Assembly (NCBI GenBank): GCA_001662655.1
Contig: KV460255.1
Length of the DNA stretch: 64,000 nucleotides
Source: Pseudogymnoascus verrucosus
Lineage: Eukaryota
Strand: one strand, 5' to 3'
Part shown: positions 49,280 through 62,900 of the stretch, piece after piece
How the letters are laid out: each line of letters begins with the position of its first letter
Position numbering within the stretch: position 1 is the stretch's first letter
The notes under the pieces: generated by a model
Databases searched by the model: none
What the model saw: the letters and a program-made list of their open reading frames with translations, nothing else
Told to the model about the DNA's origin: nothing
Position numbers and translations under genes: made by a program

Positions 49280-50997
49280 ATGGCGGACGCTTTAGCTGGG
49301 AAGCTGGAGTCCACCACATTAGGGTGAGATATAACAAGCTTCGTTATGTAAGAGTTGTGTCACTGACAGTGTCTACAGCAGCAGCCAAAACGACCCAGAC
49401 TGGAAGAAAAAACTGAAGATCCCAGCGAAGGACAACAGACACCAAACTGAGGTCGGTATCACGTTCGCTGGCAGAAGCGACATGTTGCTAAACTATTTAG
49501 GATGTTACCGCGACCAAGGGCCTCGAGTTTGAGGAGTTCTCGATCAAGCGCGACCTACTCATGGGGATTTTCGAGGCAGGATTCGAGAAGCCGTCACCCA
49601 TCCAGGAAGAAGCTATCCCAGTCGCACTCACTGGCCGAGATATCCTTGCCCGTGCAAAGAACGGAACCGGCAAAACCGCTGCGTTCGTTATCCCGGCGCT
49701 CGAACGCATCAACCCCAAGAGCTCCAAAATCCAATGTCTTATTCTCGTCCCAACCCGCGAGCTTGCTCTCCAAACGTCTCAAGTTTGCAAGACTCTTGGG
49801 AAACATCTTGGTGTAAATGTCATGGTCACAACCGGTGGTACCGGTTTAAGAGATGATATTGTCCGCCTCGCCGAACCCGTTCACATCGTTGTCGGTACCC
49901 CAGGACGAATCCTCGATCTTGCAGGCAAGAGTGTTGCAGATCTCAGCGAATGCCCCATGTTCATCATGGACGAAGCTGATAAGCTTTTGTCTCCCGAATT
50001 TACACCTGTCATTGAGCAGCTTCTTCAATTCCATCCCAAGGACCGCCAAATAATGCTTTTCAGCGCAACTTTCCCTCGATCCGTCCAGGCCTTCTCCGTT
50101 AAGAACATGGACCAGCCATACGAAATCAACCTCATGGACGAACTCACCCTCCGCGGTATCACCCAATATTACGCCTTCGTTGAAGAGAAGCAGAAAGTCC
50201 ACTGCTTGAACACACTCTTCTCGAAGCTTCAAATCAACCAATCTATCATCTTCTGCAACTCCACAAACCGTGTCGAACTTCTCGCCAAGAAAATCACAGA
50301 GTTGGGATACTCCTGCTTTTACAGCCACGCTCGCATGCTTCAAGCTAACCGCAACCGTGTTTTCCACGACTTCCGTAACGGAGTCTGCCGCAACCTTGTC
50401 TGCTCCGACTTACTCACCCGTGGTATTGATATCCAGGCCGTCAATGTCGTCATTAACTTCGACTTCCCGAAAAATGCCGAAACTTATCTCCATCGTATTG
50501 GTCGCTCTGGTCGATTCGGACATCTTGGTTTGGCGATCAACCTGATCAACTGGGACGACCGCTTCAACCTGTACAACATTGAGAAGGAACTGGGCACCGA
50601 GATCCAGCCTATTCCCGCCATGATTGATAAGAATCTATACGTTTACGATTCGCCCGAGAGCATCCCGCGCCCGATTTCCAACCCTGCACCACGCCAGCAA
50701 CCTCCAAGGGAGCAACTGCAGATTCAACAGCGTGGCGGTCAGGCACCGGCAAACTACAGCAATGGACGTCAAGGCCCGTCCAGCCAGGCACAGCCTCAGG
50801 GCCAAGCACAAGCCCAGGCCCCGGCCCAATTACAACAAGGCCAACCCCAGGGACAGCGCCAGCCAACAAACCAACCCCAAGGCCAACGTAACCAAAACTT
50901 CTCCCGAGGCAATGCGAGAGTCGGCGCTCAGCCCGGCCGCGGCCGCGGATTCGATGGCGCAAGAGGCGGCAGAGGCCAAGCACCTCCACCATCGTAG
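49280..50997 (+). CDS. DHH1: DEAD-box RNA helicase Dhh1/DDX6; 3 exons
   Basis: Introns 49324-49378 and 49452-49500. Motifs [40 protein letters not shown]-rich tail. Confidence 0.97.
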
Positions 50998-52140
50998 ACC
51001 GCACTAGTTGCGGTCTGGCGGTGACTGGATGGTTCTTGTTGCCTTGTACATATTTATATTTCTTTTGGACAACCCTAATAGTGGAATGGGTAGGCGAGCA
51101 CCAGTGTCTCAGGAGCTGGGCTTCTATTTGATTCCACGGGGTTACGACTCACTTTACCTGGAGTTTGGCTTCCCGCTTTGGCGGTGGACTTGACAGTCTG
51201 CACAACAAAGTTGCTTCCGAGCGTGCCAAATAGTTTCTTCTAGCTTGTACCATATGAATCTTTGTCTATCTGGGCTACGCGCGTAGCGTGGAATGAGATT
51301 GAAGGGAATTTCTTCTGGGGCATATCTTACGACGACGACGGGAGAGGTGGAGTGTATGGAGGCGATGATGGCGGCGGCGGCGGCGGGGTGCCCTGGCGTT
51401 TGGACTGAGCGAGGTTCCAGAAGATGTCCTGGATCCTTTAGCTGCTCTGCTTTATGGGACAACATTCGGCATGGCGTTTACAGGGATAGAGATTTTTTTA
51501 CCCGGCCTTTTTCTTACCTGTTCTGTTTAATGGCGCGGTCGGGGGGCGGTTGGGGGGTGGTGCATGTCATCTATCACGAGCTGCACTGGCAGTGCAAATG
51601 CTCGATGATGTTTATGATGGGATGATTTAGAGACAATGATGGTCACTTGTTGTACGATCTGAGACGATGAGCCTGTGCCTAGACGGGGAGGGTGGATGAT
51701 AAAAAAAACACAAAATTAGTTATTTTTTTTGGAGGAGAGGTTTGTAGCATGGAACTTGGCAGGATTAGGCCTGCTTCTGTGTTACAGATGTTTAGCAAAT
51801 ATAATCCTTCTCTAGATTTCTCTCTGTGTTGTAATAAATATGGAATTGAGGGTGAAAACAATATTTGAGTGGAATATATTAATTTCAATATTTAACATGG
51901 TATAGATAGTATATACCAACTCCCACGACACCATCAATAGAACATCCGCTTATATAGAGTCAGAACTATCCCATAACATAGACCCCCTAGATGCGACCCC
52001 TTTTCGTATCCAACTTCAAACTACCAATACACAACCAATGGGAGCCTGTCAACCTCCCATCAACCCCCCACTACTTTTATACAGCCCTGTTCCAAATCCC
52101 GAATCGTTAATAATGCACCTATTCATACAAACACCCGCCT

Positions 52141-53913
52141 TCATACAGCGCTATACACAGCCGTCACCCCCCTCCCACACTCAACCCTCTGCTCCACCTC
52201 CACCGTCCTCCCCCCAACAACAATCTTCTTCCTCGGCGCAACCTGAAACCTATGATCCGTCCTCTTCCCAATATCCCTATCCTGCCTCGCATCTAGCGGC
52301 GCAATATACGTCGGCACGCTAACATTATTGCGTCTCCCCGTGCCGAGCTGGAAGAACTCGTTACCGCCCCAAAACAGCACGTCTGCGCCGTAATTGGTCT
52401 CATTATCGCCATCGGTGACGACATTCGTTACATTGGAGATTTGCGCGGATGCGTGGGTTGTTCCGATGCTCAGGCGGCCGACGCGGATGGGCACGGTGGC
52501 GTTGGTAGACTCGTCGTACTCGCAGAGCCCGGAGAGGGCTTTGATCTTCGATGGGGCGCCTTGGATGTGCGTCCACCGGTTGTTACCGAGGGTGCCGTGG
52601 ATCCCCGTCCCGCAGCTCCAGGTATCAGCCGTGATCCTGGGGCTGATCTGAACGCCTCCTGGGCCATCGAGGTTAGACGCGCTGGGCTTGGCGTCGACGG
52701 TGAAGAAGGTATCGTTTCCGCCGGCGGCGACGTTGGTCACGAAGGGGGTTAGGTTCGAGCCGGCGTAGAGTTTATCTACTGGGAGGAGGAAGGGGGCGTC
52801 GAGGTGGGATTTTTGGGGGGTGGGCTCGACGCCGAGTTGACCGGCGGAGTTGTCGCCGAATGTGAAGACGCGGCCAAGGTCGTCGGAGCAGACGGAGTGG
52901 TAGTCGCCGGTTGCGATCTTGGAAATGCGAATACCCTTGAGGCCCTCGATTTCGTGAGCAGGGTGGTGGAACACCTCTCCGGCTGGGAGAACGGAGCGCA
53001 TTAGGCCTGGAATGCCGAGTTGGCCTTTGGCGGGGAAGGAAGCGTGGGAGGTGGCGGAGGAGAAGAGGCGGCCGGAGCTTGTGAGAAGTAGACAGTGTTC
53101 TTGGCCGGTGCTGATATCGGTGACCTTCTCTCCGTAGCTGAGGTTAGGAAGCTTGATCTCTTCGTAGCTGAGAGGGGACTTGGAGCCCCACCCGAAGAGA
53201 CTGCTTTGTTTAGGCTTTGAGTCTTCGAGCTGGGCCTTGCGGGAAACGGGCAGAGAGAACACCGAACCGTTCTTGGCTAGTGCTATGACCCGGTCGCCAG
53301 ATAGTGATATCTTTGTGATGTTCTTTCCGGTAAGGGTCGGAGTCGGGCCTGGCAAGTCTGTAGAGTAGCCGGCACCCCATTGCAAGACATCTCCATTCTC
53401 AGTGACTGCCGCTCCAAAGTTGCGATCAAGCTTTAGATCTCTCAAGACAAGGCCATCAAAGTATGCGATCCTCTTTGGCACTTTAATCGCAGGCTCGTTC
53501 GATTCCGGCGCAACGACATGGCCGGTATTCGATCCCCACGCAAATACACCCGGATTCTCCCAACTCTTCTTGATCTGTATGTGTTGGGGGCTAATCGCCT
53601 CCCTATTCTCCTCCGCAGATGCAGGCTTCTTCCTCTCTTCCTCGAATGTCAATTCAGCATGAGGGATCTGAGGTTTTGGAGCTTTTGTCTCTGGTGGTGC
53701 CCTTGAATAGGAAATCGCATATACGGCTCCAGCTCCTACGATTGCCGATACCAGTAATCCAGTTCGACGTATAGCGGCTGACCTGTCAGGAGTTGGCGGT
53801 CCACCATCACTAGTATATCTCCTGCCGTAGCCCTGTGCTTGTCGAATGTTTCTCAGTATGGCAGAGGCATTTTGCCTTCTGTACAACGGCCTGATTCCCG
53901 TTAATAAAGGCAT
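52141..53913 (-). CDS. FMP25: Mitochondrial RCC1-repeat protein, Fmp25-like
   Basis: Presequence plus one TM segment, SWENPGVFAWGSN, RCC1 repeats (TGQEHCLLL, TGDYHSV, FGDNSAGQLG). Probable 5'-UTR intron at 53978-53925. Confidence 0.82.
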   Translation of the reverse strand: MPLLTGIRPLYRRQNASAILRNIRQAQGYGRRYTSDGGPPTPDRSAAIRRTGLLVSAIVGAGAVYAISYSRAPPETKAPKPQIPHAELTFEEERKKPASAEENREAISPQHIQIKKSWENPGVFAWGSNTGHVVAPESNEPAIKVPKRIAYFDGLVLRDLKLDRNFGAAVTENGDVLQWGAGYSTDLPGPTPTLTGKNITKISLSGDRVIALAKNGSVFSLPVSRKAQLEDSKPKQSSLFGWGSKSPLSYEEIKLPNLSYGEKVTDISTGQEHCLLLTSSGRLFSSATSHASFPAKGQLGIPGLMRSVLPAGEVFHHPAHEIEGLKGIRISKIATGDYHSVCSDDLGRVFTFGDNSAGQLGVEPTPQKSHLDAPFLLPVDKLYAGSNLTPFVTNVAAGGNDTFFTVDAKPSASNLDGPGGVQISPRITADTWSCGTGIHGTLGNNRWTHIQGAPSKIKALSGLCEYDESTNATVPIRVGRLSIGTTHASAQISNVTNVVTDGDNETNYGADVLFWGGNEFFQLGTGRRNNVSVPTYIAPLDARQDRDIGKRTDHRFQVAPRKKIVVGGRTVEVEQRVECGRGVTAVYSAV

Positions 53914-54235
53914 TTTGGCTGAACCTGAAATTTACAGTTAGTACGCCATCAACATAACTCATTGGATCTGAATATTACCTTATACTGTTGAGAAAGTTAA
54001 GTCGCCCCAAAAAATTGTAGACCCCGGAATAAACACTATATTGTCGTCATGACGGCGGCCGAGCTCCCCGCAAAGAGCCTTACGGTTTGTGGTTAGCGGG
54101 CTTTGGGTCTAGGGACAGTTCGCCGTCCACCACGAGTAACTGCCACCTCAGACCGCCCCATCCCTCCAAATACGACAGCTTCACTGCAACACGGCGTCCG
54201 TTATATTGCCCATTGTTGGTGGAAATCCACTCGCA

Positions 54236-56690
54236 ATGTACGAGGACACTTGGTACAGTTTTGTGCCAGACGTGAAGCCGAAGAAAGATGAAAGTTCGGG
54301 GCATAAGCTTACCCATCGGCGGAAAGAATCACTTTTGAAGCAACCAAATGTAGGTACCCTCCTACCACATATTACATTGGGCGGGACTGATAGATGATTC
54401 AGGAGAGCGACCTTCAACCAGCGAATCCCCTAGAGCCCTTGGACGAAGAGGAGTCTTTAAGTAAGGGCCCGCCACAGGCTACCATTGCCCGTAGGGCGAA
54501 GTCATACACCGATTTCTACCATGTTGCCCACGCCCAGATCACCAAGGAGGCCAGGAAGATCCGAGAGCAAGAGCTAAGAGCTTTGAAGTTGCTAGAGAGT
54601 GGCGATAATGCATCGTACGAGGGCAGATATGAGATTGATGACGCGGTACTGTTAGATGTGAGCCAGGATGAGTTCCAGCTTTACAGAGACCAGTTGGCGC
54701 TTTCAGAACGACATTTGGATAACTTGGTGGAGGATACCTCAAGAGCTTTGGATTTACTGTCGAATCTGTCGGACTCATTTAAAGCGGTGGAGGCGCAAAC
54801 AGCTTCGTTCCAGTCGCAATGTGAGGATCTTCTTCTGGAACAAAAACGTCTAAAGGATCTCGCAGACGAAGTTGGGACCGACCTGCAATATTACTCATAC
54901 TTGGAGCCCATTACCCGGCGTCTGAATGCCCCGGGAGCATCTACCATGATTGGCGACGAGAGTTTTGTGGAGATATTATCAAACCTCGATGCCTGCATAG
55001 TGTTTATGCGCCAACACCCAGAACATAAAGAATCGGAGACATACCTGACCCGATACCAGACTCTTCTCACTAGAACTCTCAGCTTGTTGCAGATTTCATT
55101 TACAAATTCGATTCGTACCAAACAAACGGAGGCTCGAGCTATATTGAGCAAGGCTACCAAGTTGAACACCACTACAGTATACCTAATACAGGCGCCCGAC
55201 ATCCATCCTACCGGGAGTCGCTTGGAACGTTCAATCGAGCACATAATATTTATGGCAAGGCCTGTGTATGATCATTCGATAAAGCACGATCTTCAGGGGG
55301 GCAAGGAGACTGCCGACGGTTACTATACTCTGTTCAAATCGTTGATGGATGAGTACGTGCTGTCTAGAAAGGGTCTCATGAGCGAAGTTCTGGGTCAAGT
55401 TCTCAATGGCACAATTGCTGAGGATCACGATCCGAAAACAGAGTTTGGTAAATACGCTCGCGCTTGTTTCAACACTACTTTAGAAGTGTGCATGAATGAA
55501 TATTCAAAGTATGGCCTCTTTTTCTCCGGCAATAGGCGTACACACAATAAGGGACGAACCGATTTTCACAAGATCTGGAAGAGCCAAGAATCCCAAACAA
55601 AATACCTAGAAGACCTCTGTTCACTGGCATTTCGAGTTCTCGAACCTCATATTCAACGGGCCGACACAACGACAACGACGCAACTCGCGCTCTGGCTGGA
55701 CAGCTACGCCTCTTCAGCTGATGGGAATGACGACGAATCATTTGACGGGGCACAAATTCCAGATGGCAACAGAGAGCTCAAAATACACCTGGCGGGCCAG
55801 CTAAAGAAACAGACCACCCAGGTTATATTTACTCGAATCAAGGAGATGCTATATGCCAATGTATCTCGATTCTTCCCCAAACCCGAAGACCTTGAGCCAA
55901 AGAACTCGACGCAGCAACCGGCCGAAGCAAACCGATCTGGTGAAGATGCCAGTGACGCATTACTCGAACCTGCGGATACAGATATAGATGGCCGAGCGTA
56001 TAAGGCCCTGGGTGATGGATTTTCAAATTCATACAAGCCTCTGAAAACCGGTGCTCAGCTGCTCATTCTCAACAACGACTTAACATTTGACGCTAATATT
56101 GGCATGGTAAGTCTGTTCCTCCAAATGAGTTTGCTCCTACTAACGCATTACAGGGTATGGGTGAAATGGCATATGAAATCATTCACGAGACATCCCTGTC
56201 TATTATGAGAGCGTCAGGAGAGGTTGCAAGGAAGGATAAGATTGATTCGTATATTTTCGCTATAAAGAACCTGGTTCTACTGAAGAATCTCATCCTTGCC
56301 TACGAAATCTCCGGAAGTCGCCAAGCAGCGGCGCTCGACTTCACTCGGATGTGGACGACGTTCTCGGAGCTCCGCAATCGGGGCGGCCTCTTTGACGTTC
56401 GCGCCTATTATACGCTTATCACGACGGGCGAGCTGCTCCCAGAAGTAGTTACGACGGTGCAAGATGCGCGGGTTGAACTTGATGGGCTGCTCAGAGAAAC
56501 GATTACGAAATTTAGAGAGGAATGCGCGGGGTTGCTCTGGAAGCAATATGGATTCCCACTGCCAGAGAAGTCTCGGGCTGGCAAGAAAAAGATACAAGAT
56601 AAACTGGAGGTCATGTTCACTCACGAGCGAGAGCTGCGAGAAAATCTGTGGGCTGCCGTAGAGGAGACGTTAGCTGAACGGAAGAGATGA
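54236..56690 (+). CDS. COG3: Conserved oligomeric Golgi complex subunit 3 (Sec34); 3 exons
   Basis: ATG 54236, introns 54350-54402 and 56107-56153. Motifs LQYYSYLEPITRRLNAPG, FFPKPEDL, FAIKNLVLLKNLI, V.DARVELDGLLR. Confidence 0.88.
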
Positions 56691-57224
56691 TTTCTCATGC
56701 ACTCGGAGATGCCAACCCGATAGTATAAATGCAAGTAACGGGCTTCCAATCTAATGGAATCTGGCCTGGAAAGAAGTGACTTTTGGTAGTCGTACCATGA
56801 GTTAGTAAATAGTAAATAAAGTAAATTAAATTAACGATACCCATGAGAGAGCCGCATAGGGAAATTATCAATTCTGATGCCTTTTTATGTTGTGTCCATT
56901 TGCGGCGGCCATTTCGCGTCTTCAGTCCGTTTTAACGGTCGGTCGTCGTTTTAACACCCGAAAAACAGCCACTAAGTGGCAACCCTGAGCAAATGGCATC
57001 ATTTGGCCCTCCACACCACCAATCCCCGCATCTAAAGTACCTGCAGATCCGTGCTGCGTCTCGCGCTTATCTGGCCGAATTTTTGATATAGTTTTCCGTC
57101 CCGCCTCCTCTGACTCTTTCAATTCATTTCCATTTATTGATTTATCTTCTTCCCACGCTCCCCTCCCACCGAGCATTGCCTGCCCTGAACTTTGCACTGG
57201 GAGTAGCGTCGCGGAAGAGATACA

Positions 57225-58294
57225 ATGGCTGATTTGGAGGGTACGGACGAGAGGTCCGCCAGCGTGGCGAAGGACTTGTTCTCGGGCGCAATGGGAGGAA
57301 TTGCACAGGTTCTGCTTGGTATGTGTTTCTTACCCGTATCTGTCTTCTTTGGCTTCGTCTTGGCTTCGCAATTGCTGTTTTCGAGATCATTGGCGTATCA
57401 CGTGCGTTGAAGAATAATGACTGTTTTCAATCTTCATGGGTTTATGAAGATGTGCTGTATGATTCATTCTAACTTTACGCAGGTCAACCATTTGATATCG
57501 TCAAAGTCCGTCTTCAAACCACCACCCAGTACGCCAATGCCCTGGACGCAGCCAAGACCATCTATGCCAAAGAGGGCCCGCTCGCCTTCTACAAGGGTAC
57601 CCTCACGCCCTTAGTCGGTATCGGCGCCTGTGTGTCTGTCCAATTCGGTGCCTTTGGCTTCGCTCGTCGCCAATTCGAGCAGTACAATGCCTCCAGATCG
57701 GCACTCGCATCCCCCGACCTCTCGTACGCGCAGTACTACGGCGCCGGAGCCTTCGCCGGTCTCGCCAACTCCGTCATCTCGGGCCCAATCGAGCATGTCC
57801 GTATTAGGCTGCAGACCCAGCCCCACGGGAAGGACAGGCTGTACTCCGGCCCGCTGGACTGTGTGAGGAAGCTAGTTGCGCATGAGGGCATGAAGGGCAT
57901 TTATCGTGGTGAGGCTGTGACGCTGATGCGTGAGGCGCAGGCTTATGGGTGTTGGTTCATGTCGTTTGAGTATATGATGAACAAGGATGCGGCGAGGAAC
58001 AATGTGGAGCGTAAGGATATTCCGACGTGGAAGATTGCGATGTATGGTGGTTTGGCGGGTGAGGTGCTCTGGTTGGCGAGCTACCCGTTCGATGTTGTGA
58101 AGAGCAAGATGCAGAGTGATGGGTTTGGAAAGGAGCAGAAGTATAAGACCATGACAGACTGCTTCAGGCAAACTTGGAGGGCTGGTGGAATGGGTGGCTT
58201 CTGGAAAGGAATTTTCCCTACTATGATTAGGGCTATGCCGGTCAGCTCCGGTACGTTTGTGGTGGTGGAGATGACAATGAGGGCGCTCAGCTAG
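57225..58294 (+). CDS. YMC1: Mitochondrial carrier (SLC25), Ymc1/Ymc2 or carnitine-carrier-like; 2 exons
   Basis: KDLFSGAMGGIAQVLL|GQPFDIVKVRLQ, intron 57319-57482, three PxDxxKxR-type signatures (PFDIVKVR, PIEHVRIR, PFDVVKSK). Confidence 0.85.
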
Positions 58295-58365
58295 AGTTTG
58301 GACAATCAAATAGAATCTATTGTATGTATCTGCCTACTCTATGGAAATTTGACTACGTTAAACTT

Positions 58366-59469
58366 TCAACCCGTATTTACTTTATCATCATCCTGCTCTG
58401 CTTCCACATTGTCCACAGAAGTTATGCTTTTACTCTCGTCGTTTTTGACTGTGAATGATACTGCCGAGTCATTGTCACCCAGGTCAATATCCAACAGTGG
58501 CTCCTCTGCCACTTTCACCGCTGGATTATTCACCAGCCCCATGGTCTCAGGACGGGAGCTCGCCTCCGCAGCCACGCCATGTGCAATATGGTTCCTCAAA
58601 CGAGCTACCTCCTGCGCCTCTCGATGCGCCCTCGCCTGGTCATCCGCATTCTGCCGCCAATGCACCGCCATATGAAGCTCCCTCAGGACGGTCCCATGCA
58701 TATTCCAGCCCTCCTCATCAGGGCCATCACTGCCATCGCCCCCATCTTCCTGCCTCAAACTTCCCCAGCCAGTCTGGTACTCTTCATCCGTCAGGGCCGG
58801 CCCAATGGCACTCTCTTCATCCGGTTCTCGCCCAGCGACATGAGAATTATCAAATCCTTCTCCTCCCCTCACCCAATACATGAACGCTTCTATCTCGTCT
58901 TCCCTAGCCCTCCCATGTAGGCTCTCAAATTCCAAAATCCGTCTATCCACCTCCGCACCCCAAGCTGCCCAGGCCACCTCCCTCGCCATCCTTATCTTCG
59001 TCTTTAAAACGACATATAACCCCACCAACATCGTTGTAGGCACCCATCCGCAGACCCCCAGGACTATGGAAAAGCGCCAGCCGTTAGGAAACCCAACGCG
59101 TAGCCCGATAGCAACGATCATTGTTACAACCGACACAATAAAAGCGTACGGCAGGTAGATGGCCGTAAATATGTGCACTGCAGCGTAGCCATGCAATCGC
59201 TGTGCTAGGGCCGGTGATGGTGAATAAGGAGGCCAGGGATGGGAGCGAGGCCATATATAATCGTTCAGACGAGCAGCATGGCGAGTGGGTGTCGTAGCAA
59301 AAGTATCTGAAATTGTATCCATCAGGCACCAGATTCTATTAACAAATTCTGACCACCGTGCGGTCTCACGAGCGCCAATTGTGGGCTGGGAATTATGAGA
59401 ATGCGGTAGATTGACACGGCGGCGGTGGCGTTGGGGGGACCATAGTCGCAGGCTTTCCAAGAAACGCAT
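58366..59469 (-). CDS. Hypothetical membrane protein (367 aa, about 2 TM segments, acidic C-terminus)
   Basis: Long ATG-initiated ORF filling the intergenic space; two hydrophobic stretches; no family recognised. Confidence 0.65.
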   Translation of the reverse strand: MRFLESLRLWSPQRHRRRVNLPHSHNSQPTIGARETARWSEFVNRIWCLMDTISDTFATTPTRHAARLNDYIWPRSHPWPPYSPSPALAQRLHGYAAVHIFTAIYLPYAFIVSVVTMIVAIGLRVGFPNGWRFSIVLGVCGWVPTTMLVGLYVVLKTKIRMAREVAWAAWGAEVDRRILEFESLHGRAREDEIEAFMYWVRGGEGFDNSHVAGREPDEESAIGPALTDEEYQTGWGSLRQEDGGDGSDGPDEEGWNMHGTVLRELHMAVHWRQNADDQARAHREAQEVARLRNHIAHGVAAEASSRPETMGLVNNPAVKVAEEPLLDIDLGDNDSAVSFTVKNDESKSITSVDNVEAEQDDDKVNTG

Positions 59470-59903
59470 GTGTGAATGAGCGGGATCTCGTGTGGAAAAT
59501 TCATGTTATTGAAGTGTCTCTGTGAGAAAATATTATGCGGGAAAGTCCCCTAAAATACTAAAATGGGTGGTTGTGACGGCCGTGGTTGAGAATGGGATGA
59601 TATCGGAAACTAAGGGTCCTGACTGACGTCTGTCACCAGTGACCTCATCCACAACGCATTTTAGTTAGTCAGTTTGGGAAATTTCTAAAAGTATCCATCC
59701 TTCTCACAATAAATTAGGGCGAGGATTGTTGGCATGACTAATATATAAGGCATTTCATTCGTTGATCCATCGCTCGTAGCACTATGGTATAGAAACTCCT
59801 TCATATGCTCCTCAAAGCTCGTTGCCACGTACTTCGTCCCTCCGTCCACCTTTGGTATTTACCAAAACTCCCAGATCTATAAGCATATGCAACGATCCGC
59901 TCC

Positions 59904-62900
59904 TTACTTATTCCCATTGAATCCCGATTGCATCCCATCCCATGCGCCCATCCCGCTCAAGTCCATGCTAGAGGAGGAATTCTTCGTTTCGAAGTGCTCG
60001 TAATTCTCAATGTGCTGGGCACCATTGGTCATATTGATAACTTCATCATGACCTACTTGTCCATTGTTCCAAACCTGGACCATCTCATCAGCTCCAGTTG
60101 GCGCTTCCTCGTGGAGCTCGCGGCAGACCGCATCGACAATGTCGTTTTTATCTTCATCTCTCACGTAGACCAAGTAATAAGGAGTCGCACCGCCGGTGCT
60201 AGCCTGGCCGAAAATTCGGGTCCTGTCTTCGACAATGGAAACGCGTTCGTCGTTATACTCTCGCCAGATATCGTGAGCGAAGTCATAGATGTAAATCCAG
60301 TAGTGTCCATATGCGTTCGTGCCACGATGGATGAATACGGCCTGAAGACGGTATCGATGCTGCCGTAAGTCTGTAAATTGCTCCTGGAGTTTCAATTTCA
60401 GAGTCGATATTTCTTTGGCTATTGCCTCCATCTCGGTCGATATCTCGTTTGCTCGCTCTTCGAGAGTACTGGCTAGGTCTGGGTTAATGGCGATATCGCT
60501 AACTTCGTCATCCTCAAGCGACTGTATGAAGTCTTTAGTAGCATGTAAGGCACGTTCGACTGGCACCTCCGCATCAGTCACCTGAAGAGCTTTCTGGCGT
60601 GTTTCTAATAGACGTATCCTATTCTTCCACACCCAAGCATCGCGCCTCCGTTGTAGAATCTTGTCATCTTCCATGTATCGATCTAGATAAATAGTCTCAT
60701 CGAAAACAATTCTGTTTTGGTTTTTAGAAGCTTGCTGTGTGGCTGGATCAAACGCAGTGCGCTGTATTTGGATCTGGACGATTGGCGGAAGATTGTTGAT
60801 TGACGCAAACTGGGTCGCATTTGCATTGTCTATTTCGACAATTTGTTCGTCGAAAACAACGTCAAGGGCCTCGTAAATATCACGTTGGCCATCCAAGCCG
60901 GGAAACACAATAATGTTTGCCCAATCTTCAATCTTGACGTCGTAGGAATCGGCCTTTTTCAAGTGCACAGCATTGGCCCCGAAGAATGTCTCCCTGACAA
61001 CGTCGATCTGCTCTCCAAACTTAGGATCAATCTTCGTTGGTTTAATTGCGCACTGGAGTCGAAATATGACGTTGCCAATGACCTCGGTGACATCTTGTTG
61101 GGCACCAAAATAGAGCTTCTGCGCTCGTAAGTCTTCTTCGGATTCACCGGTCTTGATGGGAGCTGGCTTGTTTCGAGGAGGTACCGGCGGCCGCTGCTCG
61201 ACCATTTCCATGTTTTCGGGAGGTGGTGTTAAAGACCCGCTGTTTGCCATTACTGCATCCTTCCTGGTAGGAGCCTGTTCGCCCGCACCAAGGGCTTCAA
61301 GTGGTACCTCAATGGACACATGTCCCATTGCTGGAGGCTCAGCAGAGGGCAACCTTCCAGGCAAATCTTCTTCTAGGTCGATAGCGTTAGACATATCCGC
61401 AGATGGCGCCTCGTTATTCTTAGATTCTGGATTAACAAGGGTTATCTGGCTGCTTGAATCGTCGTTATCCAGAGTTTCTTGTGATGGTTCGTCTGTCATC
61501 TCGACATCAGGCATTAGTTGCGTTGGCACCGTGGCTCGCTGCATTGGAATATATGGCGGGTGGTCTTTCGGAGGCGGGGGTGGAGGAGGGAGGTGAGGGC
61601 CAAATATCGGCCTCTCTTCATTGTCCAGGTTTGGCATTCCAGAAGGGCTACTGATAGACGCTCTCCTGAAGTTTGCTTCAGTTGCTGTGCTGAAAAGCGT
61701 TAGTTCGGCAAGGTCTTGCGTTGGTCTCACTGATTGAGTCGAGGCTGATTTGAGACTCTGGTAGAGAGTTTGAAGCTCTACAGCGACTATTTCTTATTAG
61801 CTTCCCGTCAATGATGAAACAGAAATCGAATACTTACAGTTCTGAGCCTTTACTATTTCGCCTTTGCCAACAGCACGCCCACCAACACGCTTCTTCACAA
61901 TATTTTCTGCGGTAAGTGGCATCCGGTAATCCTCGAAGTTCATCACCACATCACGGACTGGCCGTACTGTATAGTAATACTGGAGGAGACTGTTGAGATA
62001 ACAAGTGTTGCCAATATTATCCAGGCCAACTGGCTGGTCTGCCGTAGATCGTTGCGGAGCAACGACGGCGTTAGGATCACTGATCTTGGCGAAGAGGAAA
62101 TTGCTGTTTCTTGACTTTGCAATGACACGAATAGCCTCCAAAAAGCTTTCTTTGGATCCCAGTGGTGCATCCTCTATGAGGGTCTGATAGTATGCAAAGA
62201 CAGACTCCTCAGATGCGTTCTCATCTTGGATCTGAAGCCTTTTATAAGCTTCCTTCACAGTCAGGTTCGAAGTAACACTGCCTGCCTCCATGGTAGCAGC
62301 AGCTATTTGCAGTGATAGATCTCTCCTTGTGTTTCCGATCACACTAAGCATGGGTGCAACAATACTCTTGTCGACATCAGCGGCCACAGCGATTGCTTGA
62401 GCTTCAATGAAGTCGGACGGAGTGTCCGCTGTGACATTAAGATATTCGAGAGCCTCTTCGTAGGTGACGGCTCTATTATTTGCGACTTCTTGGATCTTTG
62501 CACTATTTCTTGCTTTGCCGATCAATAGCAGTGACCGCCTTGCCGCGTCCTTCTGGATAGGAGCAGCTTCTATTCTCGACTTATAGACGCCGATAATATG
62601 ATCATCTCCATGGTCGACGGCTGGGTTAAGTGCGAAAAACTTGTACGCATCGTCAATTTCCGTAAGTGTGTTTTCTCCTAGTGACACGATCTTGACAAAC
62701 TCTTCTTCGAGGAAGGGACTGCCTCGGCCTTTGCCAATACCCTGGAGACATTCCAAATAGTAGGGTTTATGACTTGGATCACAGTCCCTCTGTCTGCTAT
62801 ACGCGAAGAATATGAGTTCATCAGAGAAACTCGATGTTGCGCCTAAGCTCGCATAATGTGGGTGTTCAATCGCCTCAAGATTCACGATTCTAGAGTCCGT

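Noticed and set aside
57430..57452. 8-bp hairpin ATCTTCAT/ATGAAGAT in the long YMC1 intron as a possible snoRNA
   Set aside because: No convincing box C/D or H/ACA arrangement; a short stem is expected by chance.
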